From an uncultured Bacilli bacterium (lineage in GTDB: Bacteria; Bacillota_I; Bacilli_A; RF39; UBA660): a stretch of DNA of 52,818 nucleotides. The stretch covers positions 1-52,818 of the forward strand of contig CAKOLT010000004.1 in NCBI GenBank assembly GCA_934096315.1, in the 5' to 3' direction. Position 1 is the first letter of the stretch. Every line of letters begins with the position of its first letter. The notes beneath the pieces were generated by a model, which did no database searches, was not told where the DNA came from, and saw nothing but the letters and a program-made list of their open reading frames with translations. The position numbers and the translations under genes were made by a program. Positions 1-9,288 of the stretch are shown piece by piece.

Positions 1-4
1 TGCT

Positions 5-50
5 AAAAAAATCGTTTAAAGCCTTTAATTATCTGGCATTTAAACGATTT
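5..50 (-). terminator. Rho-independent terminator downstream of the 118..1164 CDS
   Basis: Perfect 12-bp inverted repeat AAATCGTTTAAA (9-20) / TTTAAACGATTT (39-50) with inner GCC/GGC pairs. On the minus strand the hairpin is followed by a T-run (complement of A5-A10). Confidence 0.55.
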
Positions 51-117
51 AAAAATAAATTTATATTTTTATCCTGTCAATATTTATAACATTAAACAAA
101 CTATATATAATCACATA

Positions 118-1164
118 CTAATTTTTAACTCTAACCTTTTTTGAAGAAATAGATAAAAGCTCTTTATCATTCACCCCAAAAGACTTTTTTGCATATTTAG
201 ATTTCATAAGCTTCAAAAAGAACTTATCAAAAAATTCCAGTCTCTCCAGATAAAACTTTTCAAGTGTAACCATACTACTTAAATCCATACTAGTTAAAGA
301 ATTTAATAAAACATTATAACTATTTTTAACACTATCAATAAATAAATACAAAAAATCAAACTCATAACTATCCAAATTATCAAAGTCTATACTATTTAAA
401 AAACCTCTACTAGTAATAACAGTCATAACAATCTTTTTATCAACAAATTTAATAATCCTCTCCTCAAGCATTTGTGATATAGACTTAAACTCACCACAAT
501 CAGTCATAAAAACTCTCATAACTTTAGGAAAATGACTAACTATCTTTTTTCTCTCCTCGAAAGAAGACAAAGATAACTTTTTAAACATTACATCAAGACA
601 AAAAGTAGGATCATATATCTTAAGATCATGATAATATCTATTAACAAGATTCCTAATTATTCTCTCAGATTCAGAATATAACTCAGGAAAATTATTATAC
701 ATAAATCTTTTTGCATTAATTACCCCATAAAGATTAGCATCTATCTCAAAATAATAACTATCATGAAAATTATTATAATCATTCGGATAAGTCCTATGCA
801 TTAAATCTTCAATAGAAATAATAAAACCCTCATAACAATTCTTAGAAAAAGAACGCTGCATCCCATGTCTAAGTTCATGATAACAACTACTAACTAAATT
901 TAATACCCCAATACTTTCATTATCACAAGAAATAATATAATCTTCAAAAATAACACTCTTACCAAATGAATCATTATAACCACCAGTAGTAATAGGTAAA
1001 AACAAATCACTCCCTAACTTCTTAGAACCACTTAAAACATGTATAAAATACTGTCTAAAATATTCCATATTAGTTTGTGATATAAGTATTTGTTTAACTC
1101 CCGTTACTTCCATTTGTTCCCTTAATATCTGCCTAATAATCCTTTTAATATCGCTTCTATCCAT
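118..1164 (-). CDS. Hypothetical protein with a single HExxH (HELRH) zincin-like motif
   Basis: ORF 118..1188. The best start is the ATG at 1164 (MDRSDIKR...), preceded by GAAAGGAA 4 nt upstream. Motif CYHELRHGMQ; no other family signature recognised. Confidence 0.6.
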   Translation of the reverse strand: MDRSDIKRIIRQILREQMEVTGVKQILISQTNMEYFRQYFIHVLSGSKKLGSDLFLPITTGGYNDSFGKSVIFEDYIISCDNESIGVLNLVSSCYHELRHGMQRSFSKNCYEGFIISIEDLMHRTYPNDYNNFHDSYYFEIDANLYGVINAKRFMYNNFPELYSESERIIRNLVNRYYHDLKIYDPTFCLDVMFKKLSLSSFEERKKIVSHFPKVMRVFMTDCGEFKSISQMLEERIIKFVDKKIVMTVITSRGFLNSIDFDNLDSYEFDFLYLFIDSVKNSYNVLLNSLTSMDLSSMVTLEKFYLERLEFFDKFFLKLMKSKYAKKSFGVNDKELLSISSKKVRVKN

Positions 1165-1223
1165 AATATTCCTTTCTGTTAGGTACATATATTACCACAA
1201 AACAAACCAAATAACAAGTAAAA

Positions 1224-1251
1224 CTAAAAATAAAAAGGAGTTAAACTCCTT
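1224..1251 (-). terminator. Rho-independent terminator after the 1256..1576 CDS
   Basis: Hairpin AAGGAGT-TAA-ACTCCTT (1235-1251), followed on the minus strand by TTTTTATTTTT. Confidence 0.6.
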
Positions 1252-1255
1252 AATA

Positions 1256-1576
1256 TTATTTTTCTATAGTATCCCAACAATTTTTCCAGTCACTACCATC
1301 ACCACTTGCACCAGTTCTAACTAATAAATTAAATGTAGCAGTTACTATAGTAATTACTAGAAAAGTTGCCACTGCATATAATAATCTTTTAATAAACATC
1401 TTTTGAGCAGCCTTAATTTCGTCTTCTTTACTAGCTATTACAGCTTTACCAAAATCAATTGTACCCAAAATTATTAAGACAATAGGTATACCAAACTGAA
1501 AAATAGGAATTATACCAAATTTAATTAATCTTATAATAGGTTCTAAATCATAACAAGAACTATCTAAAAAAAACAT
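1256..1576 (-). CDS. Small integral membrane protein, function unknown
   Basis: 106-aa ORF with a strong RBS (GAAGGAGGATTAATATG) and two to three hydrophobic helices (IIPIFQFGIPIVLIILGTI; LLYAVATFLVITIVTATFNLL). Confidence 0.65.
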   Translation of the reverse strand: MFFLDSSCYDLEPIIRLIKFGIIPIFQFGIPIVLIILGTIDFGKAVIASKEDEIKAAQKMFIKRLLYAVATFLVITIVTATFNLLVRTGASGDGSDWKNCWDTIEK

Positions 1577-1666
1577 ATTAATCCTCCTTCACTTACTAAT
1601 ATAATATAATATTTTATACTAAAAGTCAATATTTTTTTTCTTTTTATTCATTATACTTACACAAAA

Positions 1667-2671
1667 CTACTTTCTATTATGCATAACAGCATACTTATAT
1701 GCACTAGAAACCATGTCCTCTAAATCATGTGTAGCTACCCAATTAAGCTTCTCTCTTGCATATTTATTATCTGCATAACAAACAGCAATATCCCCATCTC
1801 TTCTACCAGTAATTTTATAAGGAACAGAAATATTATTAACCTTCATAAATGTATTAACTATTTCAAGTACACTATAACCTATTCCTGTACCAAGATTAAA
1901 CACATCAATACCCTTATTATTATTAATATATTCTATAGCCTTAATATGACCTCTAGCTAAATCAACAACATGGATATAATCTCTAACTCCTGTACCGTCG
2001 CAAGTATCATAATCATCCCCAAAAATACTAAGTATAGGTAACTCTCCAGTAGCAACCTTTGTAACATAAGGCATAAGATTATTAGGAATACCCATAGGAT
2101 CTTCCCCAATTAAAAAACTCTCATGTGACCCAACTGGATTAAAATACCTAAGAATAACTATCCTAAAATCATTATCAGAAACATATAAATCCTTAAGAAT
2201 ACCCTCAATATATAATTTAGTAGCCCCATAAGGATTAGTCACAGATAACTTAGCACTCTCCTTAATAGGAAGTTCTTCAGGAACTCCATATACAGTAGCA
2301 GAAGAAGAAAACACAATTTTCTTACATCCAAACTCACTCATAACCTCAAAAAGAGTCAAACTAGAATCCAAATTATTTCTATAATACATAAGAGGTTTAG
2401 AAACAGATTCCCCTACAGCCTTTAAACCAGCAAAATGAATTACACCATCAATATCATTTTCTTCAAATATCTTTCTCATAGCAGTCTTATCACATACATC
2501 ATCCACATACATTTTAATCTTTTTACCAGTAATTTTCTCTATTCTGTCACGTACCTCTAGTTTAGAATTACATAAATTGTCAACTACCACTACATCATAA
2601 CCATTATTAAGTAGTTCAACACATGTATGACTACCAATATACCCTGTACCCCCAGTTACTAATATTTTCAT
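1667..2671 (-). CDS. galE: UDP-glucose 4-epimerase
   Basis: 334 aa. N-terminal Rossmann motif ILVTGGTGYIGSH, catalytic SSSATVYG and PYGATK (YxxxK). Length and motifs are typical of GalE. Confidence 0.9.
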   Translation of the reverse strand: MKILVTGGTGYIGSHTCVELLNNGYDVVVVDNLCNSKLEVRDRIEKITGKKIKMYVDDVCDKTAMRKIFEENDIDGVIHFAGLKAVGESVSKPLMYYRNNLDSSLTLFEVMSEFGCKKIVFSSSATVYGVPEELPIKESAKLSVTNPYGATKLYIEGILKDLYVSDNDFRIVILRYFNPVGSHESFLIGEDPMGIPNNLMPYVTKVATGELPILSIFGDDYDTCDGTGVRDYIHVVDLARGHIKAIEYINNNKGIDVFNLGTGIGYSVLEIVNTFMKVNNISVPYKITGRRDGDIAVCYADNKYAREKLNWVATHDLEDMVSSAYKYAVMHNRK

Positions 2672-2689
2672 ACCATCACCTTCTTTCTT

Positions 2690-3622
2690 TTATTTTTTTA
2701 TATTAGTCTCTTTAATAATATATATAGGTCTTTTCTTAGTCTCTAAGTAAGTCTTAGCTAAATATTCCCCAATAATTCCAATAGCAAATAGTTCTATACC
2801 TCCCACTAAAAAGATAATACAAACTAAACTAGGCCATCCTGAAGTAGGATCTCCAAAAACTAAAGTTTTAACAATAATTACAATAATCATAATAAATGCA
2901 ATTAAGCAAAATAATAATCCCACTAATGCTGCTAAAGTAAGAGGAACAGTCGTAAAGGCAACAATACCCTCAATAGCATAAGCAAATAGTTTAAAAAACG
3001 ACCACTTAGTTTCTCCAGCAATTCTTGAAACATTTTCATACTCAAGCCACTTAGTATTAAAACCAACGAAACTAAATAAACCCTTAGAATATCTATTATA
3101 TTCTTTTAAATCAACAATAGCATCTACCATTTGCCTAGTCATAAGCCTATAATCTCTAGCCCCATCAACCATTTCTACCTTACTCATCTTATTAATTATT
3201 TTATAAAAAATACGAGCAAAAAAACTTCTAATCGGAGGCTCACCTTTCCTAGTAACCCTTCTAAGTCCTACAGAATCATATCCCTCTTCCTTAATAATCT
3301 TAAGCATATCAGGAAGAATACTAGGAGGATCTTGTAAATCAGCATCCATAATAGTTACATAATCCCCAGTAGAAAGTTCTAACCCTGCATACATAGCAGA
3401 TTCTTTCCCAAAATTACGAGAAAAATTAATATATTTACATCTACTATCTTCCTTACTAAACTTTTTTATAATGGAAAGTGTATTATCCTTAGACCCATCA
3501 TTAACAAATATAAACTCAAAATCTTCTTTCATTGTTTTACTTACTTTATCAATCTCATCATAGAATAAAGGCAATGCCTCTTCCTCATTATAACAAGGAA
3601 CTACAATACTAATCTTTTTCAT
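2690..3622 (-). CDS. Family-2 glycosyltransferase, GtrB/CsbB-like polyprenyl-phosphate sugar transferase with two C-terminal TM helices
   Basis: 310 aa. Motifs SIVVPCYNEE and DADLQDPP (DxD), two C-terminal hydrophobic helices. Overlaps the upstream epimerase gene by 14 nt. Confidence 0.85.
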   Translation of the reverse strand: MKKISIVVPCYNEEEALPLFYDEIDKVSKTMKEDFEFIFVNDGSKDNTLSIIKKFSKEDSRCKYINFSRNFGKESAMYAGLELSTGDYVTIMDADLQDPPSILPDMLKIIKEEGYDSVGLRRVTRKGEPPIRSFFARIFYKIINKMSKVEMVDGARDYRLMTRQMVDAIVDLKEYNRYSKGLFSFVGFNTKWLEYENVSRIAGETKWSFFKLFAYAIEGIVAFTTVPLTLAALVGLLFCLIAFIMIIVIIVKTLVFGDPTSGWPSLVCIIFLVGGIELFAIGIIGEYLAKTYLETKKRPIYIIKETNIKK

Positions 3623-4730
3623 CTAAACTACCAAACCTCTCTATAATAAAATCAACTATCCTAACTGATGCATGACCATCCCCATAAGGATTAGAAGCCT
3701 TGCTCATGCGAAGATACTCATCCTTATTTATCAAAAGCTCTTTTACATTATTATAAACACTATCTACACTAGTACCCACCAATTTTAAAGTACCAGCTTC
3801 TACTCCCTCAGGTCTCTCTGTAGTATCTCGTAAAACTAGTACAGGTTTACCTAAACTAGGAGCCTCTTCTTGCACACCACCACTATCAGTAAGAATTAGA
3901 TAAGACTTATTCTGAAAATTATGAAAATCAAAAACATCAAGTGGTTCTATTAACTTAACTCTAGAAACATTTTTAAATTCTTCATTAGCTATCTCTCTAA
4001 TTACAGGATTTAAATGAACTGGATAAACAACTTTAACATCCGGAAATTCCTCTACTATTTTTTTAACTGCCGTAAATATCCTTTTCATAGCATCTCCTAT
4101 ATTTTCTCTTCTATGAGCTGTCAATAGAATCATCCTAGAATCTCCAATCCAATCAAATACCTCATTTGAATATGTCTCTTTAACAGTATATTTCATTGCA
4201 TCAATAACAGTATTACCTGTAACAAAAATATTCTCTTCTTTTTTACCCTCTTTTAATAAATTATCTTTACTTAACTTAGTAGGAGCAAAATTCATATCCG
4301 CTAAACAACTAACCATCTGCCTATTCATCTCTTCTGGAAAAGGGGAATATTTATCATAAGTTCTAAGTCCAGCCTCAACATGACCAATAGAAATTTTATT
4401 ATAAAAAGCTGCTAAAGCTCCTGAAAGAGTGGTAGTAGTATCACCATGCACAAGCACAATATCAGGCTTAACCTCATGGACAACCTCTTCAAGCCCATTC
4501 AAAGCTCTTGTAGTAATCTCTCCCAAAGTTTGTCTTTCTTTCATTATATTTAAATCATAATCAGGTTTAATATTAAATGCAGTAAGAACCTGATCTAACA
4601 TCTCCCTATGTTGTCCAGTTACACACACAGTGCACTTAATTAAATCCTTTCTTTTCTTTAACTCCAAAATAATCGGAGCCATCTTAATAGCTTCTGCCCT
4701 TGTACCAAAAATTGTCATTACTTTAATCAT
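3609..4730 (-). CDS. wecB: UDP-N-acetylglucosamine 2-epimerase (non-hydrolysing)
   Basis: Motifs FGTRAEAIKMAP, HVEAGLRT and LTDSGGVQEEAPSLGKPVLVLRDTTERPE. Start chosen at ATG 4730 (MIKVMTIFG), preceded by AGGTGAT. Confidence 0.9.
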   Translation of the reverse strand: MIKVMTIFGTRAEAIKMAPIILELKKRKDLIKCTVCVTGQHREMLDQVLTAFNIKPDYDLNIMKERQTLGEITTRALNGLEEVVHEVKPDIVLVHGDTTTTLSGALAAFYNKISIGHVEAGLRTYDKYSPFPEEMNRQMVSCLADMNFAPTKLSKDNLLKEGKKEENIFVTGNTVIDAMKYTVKETYSNEVFDWIGDSRMILLTAHRRENIGDAMKRIFTAVKKIVEEFPDVKVVYPVHLNPVIREIANEEFKNVSRVKLIEPLDVFDFHNFQNKSYLILTDSGGVQEEAPSLGKPVLVLRDTTERPEGVEAGTLKLVGTSVDSVYNNVKELLINKDEYLRMSKASNPYGDGHASVRIVDFIIERFGSLDEKD

Positions 4731-4936
4731 TACTATCACCTACTAAAAATATTAAAGTTCTACATAAAAATAGAGAAAATAAATATATTTATTATATAAT
4801 AAAGATAACACTAATAATTCAAAATGTCAAACATAATATATACAATAACAATAAAAAGAACATCAAGTAAATATTTAAAAAGAATATATATCTAGTCTAC
4901 TTGACAGTTAAAACAATGACTATAATGGAAAGTCCC

Positions 4937-4965
4937 TTGATATATATCACTTTTTAAATTATACT
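4937..4965 (+). promoter_or_regulatory. Putative sigma-A promoter for the 5033/5749 operon
   Basis: TTGATA (4937-4942), 17-nt spacer, TATACT (4960-4965), ~68 nt upstream of the ATG at 5033. Confidence 0.4.
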
Positions 4966-5032
4966 AAACAAGTATAGTGAATAAAAGAAAAAAATAAGTA
5001 AAAAATATATATAGAATAAGGAGTGAATAAAA

Positions 5033-5746
5033 ATGTCTTTAATAAAATGCCCAGAATGCAAAAATAACATAAGTGACCAAGCAGAAACATGCCCTAAATG
5101 TGGTTACGAATTAAAAAAACAAAAAACAACAAATAATACAACCAAAACAAAACAAAACTTTAATAACAAATACTTACTAATAGGTATAGTCCTAGTAGTC
5201 GTCGTAATATATTTTCTAAATACTACAAGTACCAACAATAATAATAATGAGCAGAATCCCCAAACACCACAGACTCCTCAAACACCAGAAGTAAATAGTG
5301 GATTCATCCAATATAATGACACAAATCTAAAAGTAAAATATGAAATACCAAGCAATTACAAAACATTTGTAGACACAAACGGTCTAAGTTATGTAGGTAA
5401 AAACATAGATAATGACGGTGCTCTAATTCCATATATAGTACTTGGATGGAGTGCAAACTACAGTAATCCCGTACAATTCTTAAACGCATTTACAGACGAA
5501 CTAAGAACCATATATAACGATGTAACAATAACCGTAAACATTTTATCAAACACAATTGGATCCTATTACGTTTATGGTATACAATATAAATATACATCAA
5601 GTGGTCACATTGTAATAGATAATAGATATGCAACCACCATAAATGGAAAAATATTTATGATAGGTACAAAAGAAGAAAATGTAAATACAAATGAAATAAA
5701 CGAAATAGTAAGAGTAATGTTTAATACATTACAAGGAGGTAATTAA
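5033..5746 (+). CDS. Zinc-ribbon membrane protein with PQT-repeat linker and extracytoplasmic domain
   Basis: N-terminal CPEC..(x13)..CPKCG zinc ribbon, one TM helix (YLLIGIVLVVVVIYFL), PQTPQTPQTP tandem repeat, ~150-aa C-terminal domain. RBS AAGGAGTGA. Confidence 0.7.
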   Translation: MSLIKCPECKNNISDQAETCPKCGYELKKQKTTNNTTKTKQNFNNKYLLIGIVLVVVVIYFLNTTSTNNNNNEQNPQTPQTPQTPEVNSGFIQYNDTNLKVKYEIPSNYKTFVDTNGLSYVGKNIDNDGALIPYIVLGWSANYSNPVQFLNAFTDELRTIYNDVTITVNILSNTIGSYYVYGIQYKYTSSGHIVIDNRYATTINGKIFMIGTKEENVNTNEINEIVRVMFNTLQGGN

Positions 5747-5748
5747 TT

Positions 5749-6897
5749 ATGGCTTTAATAAAATGTAAAAAATGTGGAGAATCAATATCATCAAGTGCTA
5801 AAACATGTCCACATTGTGGATACAAAAATGAAATAAGTACATGCCCAGAATGTGGAAAAAAAGTAAAAGAAACAGACATCAACTGTCCAGAATGCGGTTT
5901 TCCTCTCCAAAAGAAAAAAACACAAAACATAATAAATGAAAACTTAGATAAAATTACCGGAGCTAAAAGCCAAAGTTATGTAACATTCAAAGATTTATTT
6001 AAAAATACATTTAAAAAACACACAGAAGAAGAACTTGATGACATATTTGTATGTGGATCTAAAAAAACAACACCCGATGTAAAAAGCATTAACCCTAGAA
6101 ATGCTAGTACCTGGGTTTACTTTAGAATTTTCGTATTTTTCCTAGTAACATATATTGCAACAAGAATCGGATACATATACTATGGAAATCTTAATTTCCT
6201 ACCTGCAATGATTATATTAGGAGCCTTTGCAGTTCCCGTAACTATATTAATATTCTTTTTTGAAATAAATTTATTCAAAAACATTCCATTTTACAAAGTT
6301 ATAAAATACTTCATTCTAGGAGGAGCTTTATCACTTCTTCTTGCCATACTATATTTTGATATAATTACTGTAGAACAACTCGATTATAAAGGTGCCATAA
6401 TGGTTGGATTTATTGAAGAAGCTGCCAAAGCAGTTATAGTAGCCTTATTCTTATTTAAAAGTAAAAAAAGCAAATACATACTAAATGGATTATTAATAGG
6501 AGCTGCCGTAGGAGCAGGATTCGCAGCATTTGAAACAGCAGGTTATATATTAAAATTTGGCTTAACTGGAGGAGATGCAGCCATGTTACAAGTTATAAAA
6601 CTACGTGGTTTCTTAGCTCCAGGAGGACACGTTGCCTGGGCCGCAATAGAAGGAGCTGCCCTTATGTATGTTAAAGGTTTTGATAAACTAAATAAAAGTC
6701 ATCTAAACGATAAAAGATTTTTACTAGTATGTCTAATTTCCGTAATTGGACACGGAATATGGGATATGCCAATTAATTTACCATACTACATAGTACAAAT
6801 CGGATTAACTATTGCAGCATGGTTAGTAATAATTTACTTCATTAATTTAGGACTTAAACAAATTGATGACGCAAAAAAGTTAGAAAAGAATAATTAA
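5749..6897 (+). CDS. PrsW-family intramembrane protease fused to an N-terminal double zinc ribbon
   Basis: Two CxxC...CxxC ribbons (KCKKCG..CPHCG; CPECG..CPECG), then a polytopic domain with PrsW signatures GFIEEAAKA (EExxK), FAAFETAGY and HGIWD. Starts 2 nt after the previous gene. Confidence 0.75.
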   Translation: MALIKCKKCGESISSSAKTCPHCGYKNEISTCPECGKKVKETDINCPECGFPLQKKKTQNIINENLDKITGAKSQSYVTFKDLFKNTFKKHTEEELDDIFVCGSKKTTPDVKSINPRNASTWVYFRIFVFFLVTYIATRIGYIYYGNLNFLPAMIILGAFAVPVTILIFFFEINLFKNIPFYKVIKYFILGGALSLLLAILYFDIITVEQLDYKGAIMVGFIEEAAKAVIVALFLFKSKKSKYILNGLLIGAAVGAGFAAFETAGYILKFGLTGGDAAMLQVIKLRGFLAPGGHVAWAAIEGAALMYVKGFDKLNKSHLNDKRFLLVCLISVIGHGIWDMPINLPYYIVQIGLTIAAWLVIIYFINLGLKQIDDAKKLEKNN

Positions 6898-6902
6898 AAG
6901 AC

Positions 6903-6951
6903 AAAAAAGTAATTGTAATGTTTATTAAAACAAACAATCAATTACTTTTTT
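6903..6951. terminator. Bidirectional terminator between convergent PrsW-like gene and thrS
   Basis: 13-bp stem AAAAAAGTAATTG (6903-6915) / CAATTACTTTTTT (6939-6951). A/T runs form part of the stem on both sides. Confidence 0.6.
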
Positions 6952-6953
6952 TA

Positions 6954-8690
6954 TTATTTCTTTAACTCTATTTCTTCTTGTATCATACTAACAAAGTCAT
7001 TCAAAGCAAGTGTTTCTGTATCATTACTTCCATGTTTACGAAAACTAATTAAACCATCATTCTTTTCCTTATCCCCAATAATCAAAGTATAAGGATATTT
7101 CTTAGTCTGACTTTCTCTCATTTTATATGACAACTTCTCATCTCTATCATCAAGACTAACTCTAATATCATACTTCTCCAAAGTATTTTTAATTTCATTA
7201 GAATACTCTAAATGATATTCATTATTAACAGGTATTATATTAACTTGTACCGGAGACAACCACAAAGGAAATGCCCCACCATAATGCTCAATAAGAATAC
7301 CCATAAATCTCTCAATAGAACCATAAATAACTCTATGAAGCATAACAGGTCTCTTCTTAGAACCATCTTTATCTACATATGTTAAATCAAACCTCTCAGG
7401 TAAATTAAAATCTAACTGAATAGTACCACATTGCCATACTCTTCCTAAAGAATCCTTAATATGAAAATCTAATTTTGGACCATAAAAAGCCCCATCACCA
7501 GGATTAATCTTACAATCATGACCAGCATTATGACATGCAGAACTAAGTGCTCTTTCAGCCTTATCCCAAATCTCTAAATCACCAATAAACTTAGAATCTG
7601 GACGTGTTGATAACTCAATATCATAAGTTAAATTAAACACTTTATAAATCCTATCAATAAAATTAATAAGTCTTATAACCTCTTGTTCTATTTGCTCTTC
7701 CATCATAAAAATATGAGCATCATCCTGTGTAAAAGTTCTAACTCTAAAAAGACCATTTAAAGCTCCACTAGCTTCATGTCTATGCACTTGACCAAGCTCC
7801 CCAATACGAAGTGGTAAATCCTTATAAGAATGTAAAGAATTCTTATAAACAAGCATACCTCCAGGACAATTCATAGGTTTAATAGCAAACGTTTTATCAT
7901 CAATCTCAGAAGTATACATATTCTCTCTATAATTATACCAATGTCCAGATTTTTCCCATAATTCCTTACTTAACATTATTGGACTCTTAATAAACTTATA
8001 TCCCTCTTTACTATGCTCCTTATACCAGAAGTCCTCAAGTTCATGTCTCATAATCATTCCATTTGGTAAAAAGAAAGGAAATCCTGGACCATAATCACTA
8101 ATCATAAATAAATCAAGTTCTCTACCTAATTTTTTATGATCTCTTTTCTTTGCCTCCTCAAGAAAATTTAAATAATTATTTAAGTCCTCTTCTGTAGTAA
8201 AACAAATACCATAAATTCTCTGAAGCATTTTATTATTAGAGTCACCCTTCCAATAAGCACCAGACACTTTTAGTAATTTAAAATATTTAATAAGTTTAAC
8301 ATTATCAACATGCGGACCACGACATAAATCAGTAAAATCCCCTTGAGAATAACAACTTATAACATTACTATCTTCATCCATTCTAGAAATTAAATCAATT
8401 TTATAATTGTCATCCTTAAACATCTCAAGAGCCTCAGCCTTAGATATCTCATGTCTAACTATTCTCTTACCATCCTTACTAATTTTCTTCATTTCTTTTT
8501 CAATCTTAGGTAAATCCTCTTCCTTTATAACCTTGTCTCCAAGATCAATATCATAATAAAATCCATTCTCAATTACTGGACCAACCCAAAACTTAGCTTC
8601 AGGATACAAATGTTTAACTGCCTGAGCAAGCAAATGAGCCGCACTATGATTTAAAGTATTAAGTTCTTTGTCTTCTTTAATATTAACCAT
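6954..8690 (-). CDS. thrS: Threonyl-tRNA synthetase (no N-terminal TGS domain)
   Basis: 578 aa. It starts directly at the editing-domain signature HSAAHLLAQAV...GPVIENGFYYD. Class II motifs HRHEASGAL and FRVRTFTQDDAHIF, plus a C-terminal anticodon-binding domain. Confidence 0.92.
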   Translation of the reverse strand: MVNIKEDKELNTLNHSAAHLLAQAVKHLYPEAKFWVGPVIENGFYYDIDLGDKVIKEEDLPKIEKEMKKISKDGKRIVRHEISKAEALEMFKDDNYKIDLISRMDEDSNVISCYSQGDFTDLCRGPHVDNVKLIKYFKLLKVSGAYWKGDSNNKMLQRIYGICFTTEEDLNNYLNFLEEAKKRDHKKLGRELDLFMISDYGPGFPFFLPNGMIMRHELEDFWYKEHSKEGYKFIKSPIMLSKELWEKSGHWYNYRENMYTSEIDDKTFAIKPMNCPGGMLVYKNSLHSYKDLPLRIGELGQVHRHEASGALNGLFRVRTFTQDDAHIFMMEEQIEQEVIRLINFIDRIYKVFNLTYDIELSTRPDSKFIGDLEIWDKAERALSSACHNAGHDCKINPGDGAFYGPKLDFHIKDSLGRVWQCGTIQLDFNLPERFDLTYVDKDGSKKRPVMLHRVIYGSIERFMGILIEHYGGAFPLWLSPVQVNIIPVNNEYHLEYSNEIKNTLEKYDIRVSLDDRDEKLSYKMRESQTKKYPYTLIIGDKEKNDGLISFRKHGSNDTETLALNDFVSMIQEEIELKK

Positions 8691-8718
8691 TATATCTCCT
8701 CCTTCTATTTATAATCAT

Positions 8719-8890
8719 AAAAAAAGATCAAATATAGTCAAGGAGAGATAACCTCGGTACCATCCTTATTTGATCTTAATTTAATTAACGACTGTAAGCC
8801 GGCTTACTATTAATAAGCACTCAGAGGTAGTAATTACATAAAATTATTATTAGTTTCCACCAAACACTAACTCTCTATTAACTCTCTTAT
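8719..8890 (-). promoter_or_regulatory. T-box riboswitch leader (Thr specifier) controlling thrS
   Basis: Minus strand shows stem I with AGAGAG/GGTGGAAAC elements and a specifier region ATTACTACC (ACU/ACC = Thr codons, 8826-8831). The T-box sequence AAGGATGGTACCGAGG lies at ~8750-8768. The terminator GATCAAATA...TATTTGATC plus T7 run lies at 8719-8778. Confidence 0.8.
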
Positions 8891-8938
8891 ATAACCATGT
8901 CCTCATCTTAGATTTATATAAAAATTTAAAAACAAAAT

Positions 8939-9015
8939 TGGTGACCCGTACGGGATTTGAACCCATGAATGCATGCGTGAAAGGCATGTGTGTTAAACCA
9001 CTTCACCAACGGGCC
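8939..9015 (-). tRNA. tRNA-Glu (anticodon UUC), CCA encoded
   Basis: Reverse complement GGCCCGTTGGTGAAGTGGTTTAACACACATGCCTTTCACGCATGCATTCATGGGTTCAAATCCCGTACGGGTCACCA folds as a cloverleaf. Anticodon loop is CTTTCAC. Confidence 0.93.
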
Positions 9016-9033
9016 ATTAACACAAATACAAAA

Positions 9034-9110
<77 letters not shown>

Positions 9111-9130
9111 ATTTTGCACATCGCTCGTTA

Positions 9131-9159
9131 ATTATAGCATATTATATGAGGTAATGCAA
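9131..9159 (-). promoter_or_regulatory. Sigma-A promoter for the tRNA-Ile/tRNA-Glu (and possibly thrS leader) transcript
   Basis: Minus strand TTGCAT (9159-9154), 17-nt spacer, consensus TATAAT (9136-9131), ~20 nt upstream of tRNA-Ile. Confidence 0.6.
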
Positions 9160-9288
9160 TAGTTTTTTCACATTTTTTATAATTTTTAATCATTTTTGTT
9201 ATAAAAATTCCTAAATATTAAAAAAATCTACTAAATTTATATAATATATAAATAGACTGTCATAAATAAATCAACAGCCTATTATACA

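Noticed and set aside
4911-4926. TTGACA ... TATAAT pair upstream of the 5033 operon.
   Set aside because: The hexamers are only 14 nt apart, too short for a functional sigma-A promoter. The TTGATA-17-TATACT pair at 4937-4965 is preferred.
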